This document shows positions 1 through 12,100 of a stretch of 64,000 bases of DNA, one piece after another. How positions within the stretch are numbered: the stretch's first letter is position 1; every line of letters starts with the position of its first letter. Made by a program: the position numbers and the translations under genes. The DNA is from Octopus sinensis (Eukaryota), in NCBI RefSeq assembly GCF_006345805.1, contig NC_043004.1, forward strand, positions 27,156,001 through 27,220,000, given 5' to 3'. Under the pieces are notes generated by a model. It was not told the DNA's origin, did no database searches, and was given only the letters and a program-made list of their open reading frames with translations.

Positions 1-29
1 TGGTGCCAATTTCTTTGACCAAAAGCCCT

Positions 30-80
30 GGCCACAGTCAAATGACTGAAACAAGTAAAAGATTAAAAGAGTAAAGAGTA
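30..80 (+). mobile_element. 3' end of tRNA-derived SINE family A
   Basis: ggccacagtcaaatgactgaaacaagtaaaag plus (agta) tail; same terminus as the full copies at 31828, 33558 and 34181. Confidence 0.7.
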
Positions 81-346
81 TATATATATATAGTCAGTAA
101 AACATAAATCCGAAAAAGAAGCAGCATAGTATATAAATAAAGTTAGATAAGGTTAGTTTATGGGATTGCCCTGGTTTTCACGTCCATAAAGTGCTTAGCT
201 TGATTGCATATCATCATATCACAAACCTGTTGGCTTATGTTCTCTCTAGTGAGTGGCTGATCTAGAAAATGGAGTACTCAATGTCAACAACATGGAACTC
301 CCTTTGGCTATCGATCATAAATGATCCTGTTATCTTGTGGGTTCCA

Positions 347-793
347 TTAGGCCAGCAGGAATTTCCTGAAATGCAAGCACAGTCCGAAAATCTCTGTTCT
401 TGAGTTAAAGATGTTCCCTGGGTTGAGGGAGTCCTTTAGTATCCTTGCCCATTCCACTATGCACTGTCTACAATGTTTTCTCCCTTTTATGTAGGGGCCT
501 AGATTTTCTAGGATTCTCCATGATATTGTGTATGGAATCCCAGCGATCGTCATCTACCATTCATGGCTGGCTAAAACATAACATATCTCCTTGAAGGAGG
601 ATCTGTGGTTGGAGAGGCATTGATTGAATGTGTTACCGGAACAACCGATGTATCTCCATGCTCGGGTGTTAGTGGTGCTACATCTGTTGTTGTTATCACT
701 GGCAATGGGGCTGCTGGTGGTTCTGTTCATGTCTCTGCTGCTGCTACCATTGCCACTGTCGACCCTGATAATATAGGTTCTCGAGGTGGTCAT
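347..793 (-). pseudogene. Penelope-like element GIY-YIG endonuclease C-terminal remnant
   Basis: Two abutting in-frame ORFs separated by one TAG (554-556): RYIGCSGNTFNQCLSNHRSSF...ISWRILENLGPY...HCRQCIVE...FNSRTEIFGLCLHFRKFLL. Matches the YIG motif, NH.SSF and CxxC...N.R.E...C.H tail of PLE endonucleases. Confidence 0.8.
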
Positions 794-1649
794 TTAGCTC
801 TGTAGTAAATTTGGGAGCTGTACTTTTGTGATCCTTTCTAACAATTCACATAAGAGTCTGAAAGTTTTGATTATCTTCCAGAGTTTTGTTTTGACGAGGA
901 GGTTTTTCCCCTCTTTCTCAAAGGCTGTCATTACTCTCGAGACAGTTCTTCTTGATGCACCAAACATTTCGGCTGTTTTCATTACACTAGCACCTGCCAT
1001 ACAAGCACCAACAATTTGACCTCTTTGAAAGTTCAATAAATCTTTCATTTTAATGAATTTTAATTTCCTTTTTCTGATGATATCCGAAAAGAAACAGCAA
1101 TTTTAGCAAAACATATTAAGCAACTTAATAGTTATCGCCATACAAATATGGCAGTCTTATAAATATAAGACTAAAGCTGTCGCTGATTAGCTCCATGAGG
1201 CCATCGCCTCAAGCTAGCTATTTGACACACAAACTGCGTCCATTATAAACCTTCGAACAGGGGAGGTCAGCCACTTCATCCTGCCAGTCAGACAGCTGCA
1301 GTCATGTTTCAGGGTATTTGCCCTTTATCAATGCAGCGTAGTTTGAAGGTTTATAATGGACACAGTTTCTGTGTCAAATAGCTAGCTTGAGGCGATGGCC
1401 TCATGGAGCTAATCAGCGACAGCTTTAGTCTTATATTTATAAGACTGCCATATTAGTATGGCGATAACTATTAATTTCCAGTAACGCTGCCGTAATCTCC
1501 TTTAGAGAGACTTAGAAATTTTAATATTTCTAATATTAAGCAACACTAATAATAAATCAAAGAACGTAAAAATAAACAAGCTTTTGATGGTTTTATAGAT
1601 ATTTCAAAATTATGATGCTAGGTGTTTCCATTATTTTGTCCAACCCCTG
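794..1649 (-). mobile_element. 5' fragment of Tc1-like DNA transposon (TIR plus N-terminal HTH of transposase)
   Basis: ORF 794-1048 MKDLLNFQRGQIVGACMAGASVMKTAEMFGASRRTVSRVM is a Tc1 paired-like HTH. Minus-strand end CAGGGGTTGGACAAAATAA at 1649 is flanked by TA (1650-1651). Confidence 0.8.
1125..1532. mobile_element. Fold-back insertion with 134-bp inverted arms, degenerate hammerhead in the loop and 12-bp flanking direct repeat
   Basis: Arms 1125-1258 and 1341-1474; atattaagcaac at 1113-1124 and 1533-1544; hammerhead-like motif at 1295-1337 (minus). Confidence 0.75.
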
Positions 1650-1652
1650 TAT

Positions 1653-1761
1653 ATATGCATTTTTATTAGAGCTGCAAAAATATCACAAAAACTGTTACTC
1701 AGTTACTGTTACTGAGTAAAAGGTTTTGTGATCTTTTTGTAGCTTTAATAAAAATGCATAT
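1653..1761. repeat. Imperfect hairpin, ~51-bp arms
   Basis: atatgcatttttattagagctgcaaaaa...ttactcagt / actgagtaa...tttttgtagctttaataaaaatgcatat, loop 1704-1710. Confidence 0.8.
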
Positions 1762-1833
1762 TACCCTATCTTTGGTATTCTAGTACTATTCTTTCCACCT
1801 TGTTTTGCATTTATATGCTTACTCGTGTGTATG

Positions 1834-1889
<56 letters not shown>

Positions 1890-3162
1890 CATATATGTGA
1901 AAGAAGGTTTGAAAATGCAATTTTAAAAGATGTTTATTGATTGGATAGTATTGATCGTTTCACTGCTTAATTGCTACTTATGAATAGTTTCATATTATTG
2001 TTATTTAACACCATGTCATCTTTGACTGAGCCAGTTTATGATCAAAAAACATTCCAGGCAGGACCATCTGATATTTTTGTATATCAGTAACTTTATTATC
2101 TGATATCTTACATCGTTATTTCATGCAGTAAGGTTTTTGATCTGAGGAACATTTGCTAATCTTTCTAAAAAGCTCTTTACAATCTGTATCCTACATTCTA
2201 TGTCAATAATAAATTACAAATGGTGCAGAAGCAGTGTGGTTTTGGGGAGGTACTGGTGGCAGTGGCAGAAGCAGTGGTGGTGATAGTGAGATAACTATGA
2301 TGCTGTGAGTTGGATATAGTAGTTGTGGTGATGGTGAAACGAATATGGTGGTGGTGGTGGCAGTGGCGATGGTGGTAATAATGGTGGTGGTAAGGATGAT
2401 GATAATATATTTATTAAAGAGCAGCAGATTTAATTAACTCAATCTCAGTCCCTTAGTAGAAATTATTTTATGGCCCGTGTGAAACAATAAAATACAAAGA
2501 GACAATCTGTTTTGTACTCCACAAAATCTGTTGTTTCTCTCCACTTTTAAACTAACCCTGAGAGATTATTTGTATTATTCAATCAACCCTTTAATGATGG
2601 TCTATCAAGTCATTCCTTGGAATATTTAAATTCTGGAGCAAGTGATGACAACATTAAATATTATCAGACATTCTATTGATGCCATTAATGACCATGCTTT
2701 TAAATCAAATCCCAGTTTCTAACTGGTACTTGTTGTATCAACTTCATAAATATAAATGGGGAAGTCAAATTCAGGTGAATTTTACTTCAGATTTTATGAA
2801 ATACAAGATGAGTTTGACTTATATTTTCTTAAACTTTTATGATTATACTCTTAATATGCATAATATTAATTACTTCTAGAATAGGAGCAAGACTTCGAAT
2901 TGGTTGGGGATCAGTAGTCAATTAAATCAACCCAGTACTTGAATGGTATTTTATCTTTATCAACACTTCAGAAAGATGAAATGTAAAGTTGATCTTAGCA
3001 AGATCTCAACTTAGAATATAAAGAGCTGGAACAAATATAGCAAGGTACGTTTGTTTGGTGCACTAAGAATTTTGTAGTGATTACATTAATAATGATGATA
3101 ATAATAACAACAACAACAACAACAACAACAACAATAATAATAATGATGATAATAATAATAAT

Positions 3163-3718
3163 GCCCTGATGCAGTACCAGACAGTGGCTCTCATGGCTTC
3201 TGATCTTAACTGATTGGAAGTGTTATCATGTACATTGTTTTGTCTTGATATAAAAGATGGGCTACAGCAAATATTCTGCTCAATACCACAGATTTGCTTG
3301 TCAGTTGCTTGACATTAACCAGTTGAGCATGTCCCTTAGTAGCTGATGATATGTGCATCTCTGATCACGAGCAGAAGTAGTGGGGGAGCATCATAGCTGT
3401 GTGTTGAAAGGAATTCTTAGAGGTTTGGATAATTCGCTTTTGGAAACATGGGTGGTTCGTTCAATGTCCTTAAACAATCCTTATTCATGGACCTTTTGAG
3501 CGGAATGAGTTACTCGACCGGAAGAAAATTCTAACTGGGCCCCACCTGCAAGGTCATGCGCTGTTTATCTTGATATAAGAGCACCTTGTCACGCACATAT
3601 GGTTGTGATGCATGTTGCCTGGTGTACCCTTATCAGATGGGTAGTCATGATGAGTATACTGGGCTTTGTATATTTTGTCCTAGTGTCACTTTGATGGCAT
3701 GCACTACTCTCTCACTCA
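3163..3718 (+). mobile_element. ~550-bp non-coding interspersed element flanked by (AAT)n, copy 1
   Basis: Starts gccctgatgcagtaccag, ends ctctctcactc+(aat)n; homologous copies at 29314-29858, 52949-53244 and 53457-53681. Confidence 0.85.
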
Positions 3719-3754
3719 ATAATAATAATAATAATAATAATAATAATTCTTTCT

Positions 3755-3957
3755 GTTATAGGTACAAGAGGAGGCTAGTTGATTATATTGATCCAAGCGC
3801 TCAACTGGTACTTCATTTTATCAACCCCAAAAGGAAGAAAGGCAAAGTTGACCTTGATAGAATTTGATCTCAGAACATACAAAGCTAGAAGATATTCTAC
3901 TAAGCTTTTTGTCCAATGCACTAACAATTCTATAATTCTGTCAGCACACTACCTTAA
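3755..3957 (-). mobile_element. tRNA-derived SINE family B
   Basis: Reverse complement matches the copies at 9966-10680 (ctgag.tcaaatt..gtcaactttgcctttc..aagtaccagttgag); followed by (AAT)n 3958-4083. Confidence 0.7.
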
Positions 3958-3959
3958 TG

Positions 3960-4026
<67 letters not shown>

Positions 4027-5352
4027 TAACAATAATAATAATAACAATAATAATAACAATAATAATAATAATAATAAAAATAATGGAAGTGATGCAGTGA
4101 AGTGTAGGAAACAAAATATTTTATTCTTTATACATTAAACTCAGTAAATATATACCAAAACATTCCATTTGAAACTCTCATGTTTTCACATTATTATATT
4201 ACTTCATTTGTAATTTTATCATGGAAAATACATTGTTTTATATCAATAAATAAACATTGTTTGATTCTAACCATTTTCCTTTTATATTCAAAGTGAATTT
4301 TCTAGAAACAAATGTATATGTAGATAATTTGATGTTTGCATTGTAGCAGGTTGCCAAGTGCAATACAAACAAAACTAAGTTGAATTCCCAAGTGAATATC
4401 ATTGCATTTAAAAATGCAATATCATATTACTTATTTTGATGCAAGCATTAAAACAGAAATTTATACTTATTTAATATCAGTTTTATATTACTGTATTTAA
4501 TGTCATTCTATCTGCCTTCTATCATTTGGAAAATTACTTTATTTGTGATTTTTTTGTTATATCATTAATTATCTTTTACTTTTAGAGACAATTATTTATT
4601 ATAATGGTCTGAGCCAGTTGTGTGTCACTACAATATATATTTTCACATCTTTCTTTTCATTTCAGATCTTGCTAGGTTCCACTTTTGGGTTTCCTTTTCC
4701 TTTTGGCAACAAAGATATCTTCCCTGGTCCTGGCAATTACTGTCATGCTATCATCAGCTCCAACAAGAAGAAAATGATGAAAAAAGTTGTAAACAACCAC
4801 CTTGACTCATGATGTTTGAGTCTCTATTTCTTCACTTTCATGGTCATTATGGTTTACATAGAACCAGATCTTCAAAGAGTTGATGTTCAATGTCACACAC
4901 CGGTCATCTCTTGCTCTATATTCTTGAGAATATCAGTGAAAGTGATAGTTTTCTTGTTGACATACGAAGACATTTCAGTAATGTCTGACATAATAAAATT
5001 CCTTGAAATGTTTCTCATTAAGACAGCATTTATCTCTTATTTTGTTGGTCAAAATTTACCTGAAAGACAGTTCCATTGTGACAGTTTTTGATAAGGCTCT
5101 CTTCTATCTCCACTCTGTCAACACACGTGTGCTCCTACATCAGGTTATAATTCTCATACACTTCTTTCTTTATAATAATGGATTTACTTGCTCTTCTATA
5201 AATCATTTGGATGAGTAAAAATGGAACACACACTCTCTCTCACACACAGTCATAAACACACACAGAATCATTAACATTAACAATTAATAGATGTAATTTC
5301 TTATCTCTTCTTCTTCTTCTTCTTCTTCTTCTTCTTCTTCTTCTTCTCTTCT

Positions 5353-5384
<32 letters not shown>

Positions 5385-5429
5385 TTCTTCTTCTTCTTCT
5401 TCTCCTCCTTCTTCTTCTTCTTCTTATTC

Positions 5430-6800
5430 AAGACATTGCACAGTATCCAATACTGTAGTTTGAAGATATTGTGTGTATCAGGGGTTTGTACTGTCTGTTA
5501 GGTCACAACAAGGACCTCGGACAGACAGTATTTAATGCAGTATGCTTTCAGTTCCAAGAATAGCTGATTTTTGCTATAAATCAGATCTTTACACAAGGAT
5601 TTAATATCACTTTTGATTTCCTGCTTTCACCATGGCTCCTACTGACTACTTGATTTCCTATCTTTTTTTCCCAACTAGTTTGCCGACTAAAATTGAAGTG
5701 GATCTAACCAAGTTCCTTGTTTCTGATAAATCTGGCTTTATGTTTGACTCTCACAACTTCCACATCTTAGCATACTCATATAAGTATGCTCTGAAATAGA
5801 GGCTTTCTTAATCGAACCCCAACACAGACAATCAGAAAAGGACTCTGCAGTGATGATAACCTCAATGAGAATAATGTAGGTAAAGGTCAGCAGATTAATA
5901 GGCAAGGTGAAGGTGTAGTAAAGGGGAAGGACTTGTGTGGAGGATTGGGAAAAATACTTCAGGATTCCATCAACCTTTTGTGTCACATATTCACACACAT
6001 GGTAAAAGCATCACTGGTTTGGTCTCTTCTTTTGTAATGATTATTTCCTTGAGTCTTATCATTAGGTCCCTCTGTTCCTCAGTCACATCCTCTGAGTAAT
6101 AGAGGGTCTGGTAATCAATACATTATATTGATTTTTTTCCCATTCCTCCACACAAGTCCTTCTCCTTTACTACACCTTCACCTTGCTTATTAATCTGCTG
6201 ACCTTCACCTACATTATCCTCATTGAGGTTATCATCACTACAGAGCCCTTTTCTGATTGTCTGAACTGGGGTTTCATTAAGAAAGCCTCTATTTCAAAGC
6301 ATACTTATATGATTCATAAGTCCATTTTCAGTAATCTGGAACATACTCAGCAGGTTCCAAAGTTCTAATGATCTTTTTCTTTCAGCTTTACATTTGCCAT
6401 TGCTCTTGTCTAGCAAGGCTCGTTCATGGCACTTAATTGCCTTTTTATTTATATCAACAGGCCACTTATATCTGTGAGTATGTTGTATATTTTGACCAGT
6501 AAAAATACCACAATTGAGTGGAGTCTGGTCTTTCACTCCATTGCCCTCTGAGGGTCATGGGAGATCTAGTGTCTTGGATATCCAAGGGAGTCTTCCTATT
6601 CGTTGCTATAATTTGGATTGGTATTATCATCATTGCAACAAATGAAAATGATTTTCTACAGGGTTTGCTCACCAAGTGTTTTTATTTGAGAGTTTCATGT
6701 AAAGAGTTACCCCAAATACAACACCAGCTCTAACCCAGTTGCTGACCAAGACTAAGAGACACCAAGTTTTCCTTGTGTAACTTGCTGCAGAATGCCCATA
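5430..6800 (-). mobile_element. Internally deleted R4/Dong-type non-LTR retrotransposon with (GAA)n tail
   Basis: N-terminal RYKWPVDINKKAIKCH...RKRSLELWNLLSMFQITENGL (6294-6536); C-terminal ...SAILGTESIL... near 5545-5580; (TTC)n 5305-5427 at the 3' end. Confidence 0.6.
5778..6310. repeat. Inverted duplication of ~177 bp within the Dong remnant
   Basis: 5778-5954 is the reverse complement of 6134-6310 with scattered substitutions; the ORF track shows near-identical peptides at 5738-5998(-) and 6183-6368(+). Confidence 0.85.
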
Positions 6801-6834
6801 AACACAGAGGATACACTGACCCATTCAGGGCAAG

Positions 6835-7265
6835 GATGGCACCAATTCCCTGAGCTGTTCACATAGACAGCCACACACAGAACTTATGCCTTCATCTGTC
6901 TTTACATTCTGAGTTCAAAGTCCACCAGGGTTGACTTTGCCTTTCATCCTTTTGGGGTCAATGAAACAAGTACTAGTTTCCTGCTGGGGTCAGTGTAATT
7001 GACTAACCTCTGGCACCAAGATTTACAGCCTTGTGCCTATAGCAGAATGAATTATAATTATAATAATAATTATTATTAAGGCAGTGAGCTGGTAGAATCC
7101 TTTCCATGCTGAACAAAATGCTGAGCAGCATTTCATCTATCTTTACATTATGTGTTCAGATTCTGCCAAGGTCAACATTGTGCTTCATCCCCTTACGGTT
7201 GATGAAATATCAGTTGAGCACTTAATTAGTGTAATTGACATACCCCATCTCCCCAAAATTTCAGG

Positions 7266-7267
<2 letters not shown>
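6835..7267 (+). mobile_element. Two head-to-tail SINE family B copies
   Basis: ctgagttcaaagtcc..gttgactttgcctttcatcc (6910-6950) and aaggcagtgagctggtagaatcc..gtcaacattgtgcttcatcc (7078-7190), separated by (ATT)n. Confidence 0.7.
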
Positions 7268-7764
<497 letters not shown>

Positions 7765-7788
7765 TATTATTATTATTATTATTATTAA

Positions 7789-9961
7789 CCCTCTAGTGGA
7801 GCAGTAGGATATCTCACACCCCAGGTGATGTTTGTATATGTGTATCTTACATCTTGTAGCAGTGATAGTGCTTTCCATCCATGTATTTTCTTGGCACACT
7901 CCACTGAGTTAATTCACAATTCCACTCAGTCACTTGCTGAGTAATGAGAAGTGTACACACATATTATTAGTGTCTAGGGTTGTGCATATTTCACCATACC
8001 ATTCACTGTACTATTTATTGAGATGGTACATTTTTGTTTCGTTTTCTTTATTACTGTTTATTTTATTTATTTTTATATCTGAAAGGCTGATTATTTCTCG
8101 CAAAAACTTATATATTATTTTCAACTGACCAACATCTTTTTTTTTCTTTTGTTATTAGATGGTTCTGAATGTCATAAAAGTGAGAAATCTTCTTTCCTTT
8201 CAGATTCCCAATGGACTATGAAAGACAACTGGAATAATTGAGAGAGAGAATTAGACATAGACAAATTAGGATAATTTCTTGATGAAGAACGAGATGAAAA
8301 GGAAGAAGAGAGTATAGCTGAGGAAGAAACAACAGATGAAGAATAAATGACAGATGAAGGAGGAACTGAAGCAGATGGCATGTTGCAGACTTCCTCAGAT
8401 GATCCTGTAGAAGAAACAGATGAAGCTAATGATGAAGAAGAACAGCAGGCTACCAGCAACACAGAAAACCAGCTTATAAGCAAAAGTAATAAAACTCTCT
8501 GGAAAGAAGTTCCCCCATGTCTTCCATGGAGTGCAAGTGCACACAACATATACCAGGATTCACCAGGACCAAGAGGGGCTGCAAAACATGTGTATGCTGC
8601 AAAGTTCCCCCATGTCTACCATGGAGTGCAAGTGCACACAACATATACCAGGATTCACCAGGACCAAGAGGGGCTGCAAAACATGTGTATGCTGCAAAGT
8701 TCCCCCATGTCTTCCATGGAGTGCAAGTGCACACAACTTATACCAGGATTCACCAGGACCAAGAGGGGCTGCAAAACATGTGTATGCTGCAAAGTTCCCC
8801 CATGTCTTCCATGGAGTGCAAGTGCACACAACATATACCAGGATTCACCAGGACCAAGAGGGGCTGCAAAACATGTGTATGCTGCAAAGTTCCCCCATGT
8901 CTTCCATGGAGTGCAAGTGCACACAACATATACCAGGATTCACCAGGACCAAGAGGGGCTGCAAAACATGTGTATGCTGCAAAGTTCCCCCATGTCTTCC
9001 ATGGAGTGCAAGTGCACACAACATATACCAGGATTCACCAGGACCAAGAGGGGCTGCAAAACATGTGTATGCTGCAAAGGACTGTTGGTATTTGTTTCTC
9101 ATACAAGAACTTCTGAATGAATTAGCAGCCTGCACTAATTTCTAAACTGACAGTAAACAAGGAAAATATAAAGATAAGTCAAAAGAGAGACATACTAATG
9201 AAAAGGAGATGAAAGCTGCAATAGGACTGCTTTAATCTCTAAGGAGTTTTTAGAGTTAGCCAAATGAATATGGAAGATGTTTGTGCAACCAATGGTACAA
9301 GTTTTGAGCTTTTTCTAGCAACTATGTCTTTGTAGCGATTTTGTATCCTGCAGAGGTCTATGAGGTTTGATGACATCCACACCTGGGCTGAAAGAAGGCT
9401 AGAAGATAAGTTTGCACCTGTTAGAAAGTTCTTTGAGGAATTTGTTGATAATTGTATCTTCATATTTGAGGAAAGACTTGAAAAGGAAGATTCAACATTT
9501 CTTAGTATCTAAGGAATTGCCTCCAAAATATCATCATGAAGATTCCATACAAATATGCTCATTATGCCCCAGGTCAAGAGATCATAAGACAAGAAATTGC
9601 CACCAGAAGTGCTATAAGCCTATCTACCTGGAACATGTGATGCACATTTGCATTGACTGCTTTGCTCAAAGTGATGAGGATGATAGTGCAAACAATGAGT
9701 AAGCAGTAAATATGAAAGGAGCACTCTCCCCACCAAAAAATAGTTTTATTTTGTTTGACCTTCATTTTCAAAGAGTATTCATTTGCTTTTTGTTTACATG
9801 TTAAATAAATACATTATATCAGAATATGCTTTTTGGTAATATTATTGCTTCAGAACACATATAAACTAATAAAAAGTACTAAACATAGCTAAACTATGAG
9901 TGGAGTTCTCTATACCCCACCACACTAGCTATGGAAATTACAGAACTTCACCACCAGAGGG
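7789..9961 (+). mobile_element. Internally deleted piggyBac DNA transposon
   Basis: TTAA TSDs 7785-7788 and 9962-9965; TIRs CCCTCTAGTGG / CCACCAGAGGG. Acidic N-terminus, MRFDD...DKFAPVRKFFEEFVDNC remnant, and C-terminal cysteine-rich domain CSLCPRSRDHKTRNCHQKCYKPIYLEHVMHICIDC (9412-9702); DDD core missing. Confidence 0.9.
8507..9079. repeat. Tandem array, 6 x 95 bp
   Basis: Units start at 8507, 8602, 8697, 8792, 8887 and 8982; only two substitutions seen (8618, 8738). Confidence 0.97.
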
Positions 9962-9965
9962 TTAA

Positions 9966-10680
9966 AATGGTGAGCTGGGAGAATCGCCAGCACACTGGGC
10001 AAAATGCTTAGTGGCATTTTGCCAATCTAAAGATGTTCTGAGTTCAAATTCCACTGAGGTTGACTTTGCCTTTCATCCTTTTGGGGTCGATAAAATAAGT
10101 ACCGTTTGAGTACTGGGGTCAATGTAATCAACTCATCCCTCTGCCCTGAAATTGCTGGCCTTGTGTCAAAATTTGAAATCATTATCATTGTCATCATCAT
10201 CATTATTATTATTGTTTAGGGGCAGCGAACTAGCAGAATCACCAGCACAATGGGCAAAATGCTTGGTAGCATTTCGTCCACATTTACATTCTGAGCTCAA
10301 ATTCTGCTGAGGTCAACTTTGCCTTTCATAATATCAGAGCCAATAAATTAAGTACCAGTTGAATATTGGGGTTGATGTAATCGACTTACCTGCCTCCCCA
10401 CAAATTTCAGGCTTTGTGCCTATAGTAGAAAGTATTATTATTAATATTATTATTAAGGCAGCAAGCTGGTAGAATTGTTAGCAAGCTGGACAAAATGCTT
10501 TGCAGTATTTCACCCATCACTATGTTTTGAGTTCAAATTCCACTGAGATTGACTTTACCTTTCATCCTTTAGGGGTCAATAAAATAAGTACAAGTTGAAC
10601 ACTAGGGTCGATGTAATCAACTCATCCCTTCCCCCCCCCAAAGTAGCTGCCCTTGTGGAAAAATTTGAAATCATCATTAC
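9966..10680 (+). mobile_element. Three head-to-tail SINE family B copies
   Basis: Starts near 9966, 10218 and 10455; A-box-like gctgg.agaat, B-box-like gagttcaaattcc, 3' gccttgtg.caaaatttgaaa; joined by (CAT/TAT)n. Confidence 0.8.
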
Positions 10681-10681
10681 T

Positions 10682-10712
<31 letters not shown>

Positions 10713-11268
10713 CTACTACTACTACTACAACTTTGACAGTTTTAATCCCTGTACCTAATTAAACAATGTAAACTTTACTATGAGGTTCTAGCCATTTCAA
10801 TCTAGTCCCCCTGTTAGTTTATCTTCTAGCCAGAGATTTTCGGTACAGAGTGTGTGTAGAGAGATCCCCAAGAGAACTATCTTAAGCATCAAATATTTCA
10901 TACTTAAGGTTTTCTTTTCTCAACTCAAAAATACATAGCATGCTATAAATATCAATGACATCTGAGAAAAAAAATCAAATATAAAAATCAGTGTGATTGA
11001 GTTTCTGTAAGTTATTGATCTTTCTTTTTTATACTATTGATTTTATGCGAACTTTTGCAGAAGAAAAATCAATCTTTGATCAGAACCTCTCAGTAGCTGT
11101 GGCAAATATATTCGGTAAGTGCTACCAACACAATTATTTTGATGCTCTTTCCATTCACTTCCATGTCATCTGCTACATGCATAAATCTAAAATACTGTCA
11201 TTTTACGTAACAATGTTTGTTTTACTTTCTCTATGTTCAGTACACACACACACACACACACACACATG

Positions 11269-11643
11269 ATCTTTTATTTGTTTCAGTCATTCAACTGAGA
11301 CCATGCTGGGGCACCCGCCTTGAAAAGTTTTAATTGAACAAATTGACCCTGTGACATATTCATTTTAAACCTAGTATTTATTCTGTCAATCTCTTTTGCT
11401 GAACTGCTAAGTTGCAAGAATATGAATACACCAACACCTGTTGTCAAGCTGTGGTGAGGGGACAAACACAAACACACACACATACACATGACAGACTTTT
11501 TACCGTTTCTGTCTACCAAATTCCCTCACAAGTCTTTGGTAAGCACAAAGCTATAGTAGAAGACACTCACCCAAGATGTCACTCAGTGGGACTGAACCCA
11601 GAACCATGTGACTGGGAAGCAAACTTTTTATCACACAGTCCAC
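11269..11643 (-). mobile_element. tRNA-derived SINE family A
   Basis: Reverse complement of the 34181-34583 element (tttcagtcatt..ccatgctggg..gggactgaaccc). Confidence 0.8.
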
Positions 11644-11669
11644 ACACACACACACATGTATATATATAG

Positions 11670-12100
11670 GGAGAATTCCCAAAAAACAAAAGATGAAGAA
11701 AGATGGAGTAGAAAACAAACAGATGTATTAGTATAATGCTCAGGAATTGAAAAAGTCTTTAATGTTTCGAGCCTAAGCTCTTTCACAGAAAAGAACATAG
11801 AAAGAAACAAGGAGAGAAACAAGGAGAGAAAAAAATGTGTAGTGGCAAGCAATCTATCATGGCGAATGCCGGATAGAAGGGTCACACAGGAGAGCTAAGA
11901 AGAAGGGGAGATAACAAAGTAGCAGTGATCCAAAAACGAAGGTGCGCATATGTGTAAGAGAGTACATATGTGCGTGTGAAAGAGGGCCAGTGATCTTGAC
12001 ATGTGCGTGTTTGTATGTGTAGGTGTGAAAATGTGGGGATGGGATTTGGTCAGTGCTGGTGTGATGTGATGTGTTGTGTGGTATGGTGTAGTGTGGCATG
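11670..12100 (-). mobile_element. Probable Penelope-like 3' UTR/pLTR fragment with variant hammerhead motif
   Basis: Minus strand CTGTGA-aa-GAGC-ttag-GCTC-GAAAC at 11764-11788, downstream of a pyrimidine-rich tract. Confidence 0.4.

Noticed and set aside
554-556. In-frame stop in the PLE endonuclease as a recoded selenocysteine codon (known for some PLE clades)
   Set aside because: The codon is TAG, not TGA; more likely ordinary decay
4660-5215. Exon or pseudogene after the strong acceptor at 4664-4665
   Set aside because: Short ORFs in two frames and a stop-ridden minus-strand reading; no family recognised
8347-9145. Long ORFs of 257, 199 and 204 aa as a real gene, or the 95-bp array as a CRISPR array
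   Set aside because: The ORFs arise from a stop-free tandem unit inside a broken piggyBac. Units are contiguous with no unique spacers, and the context is eukaryotic.
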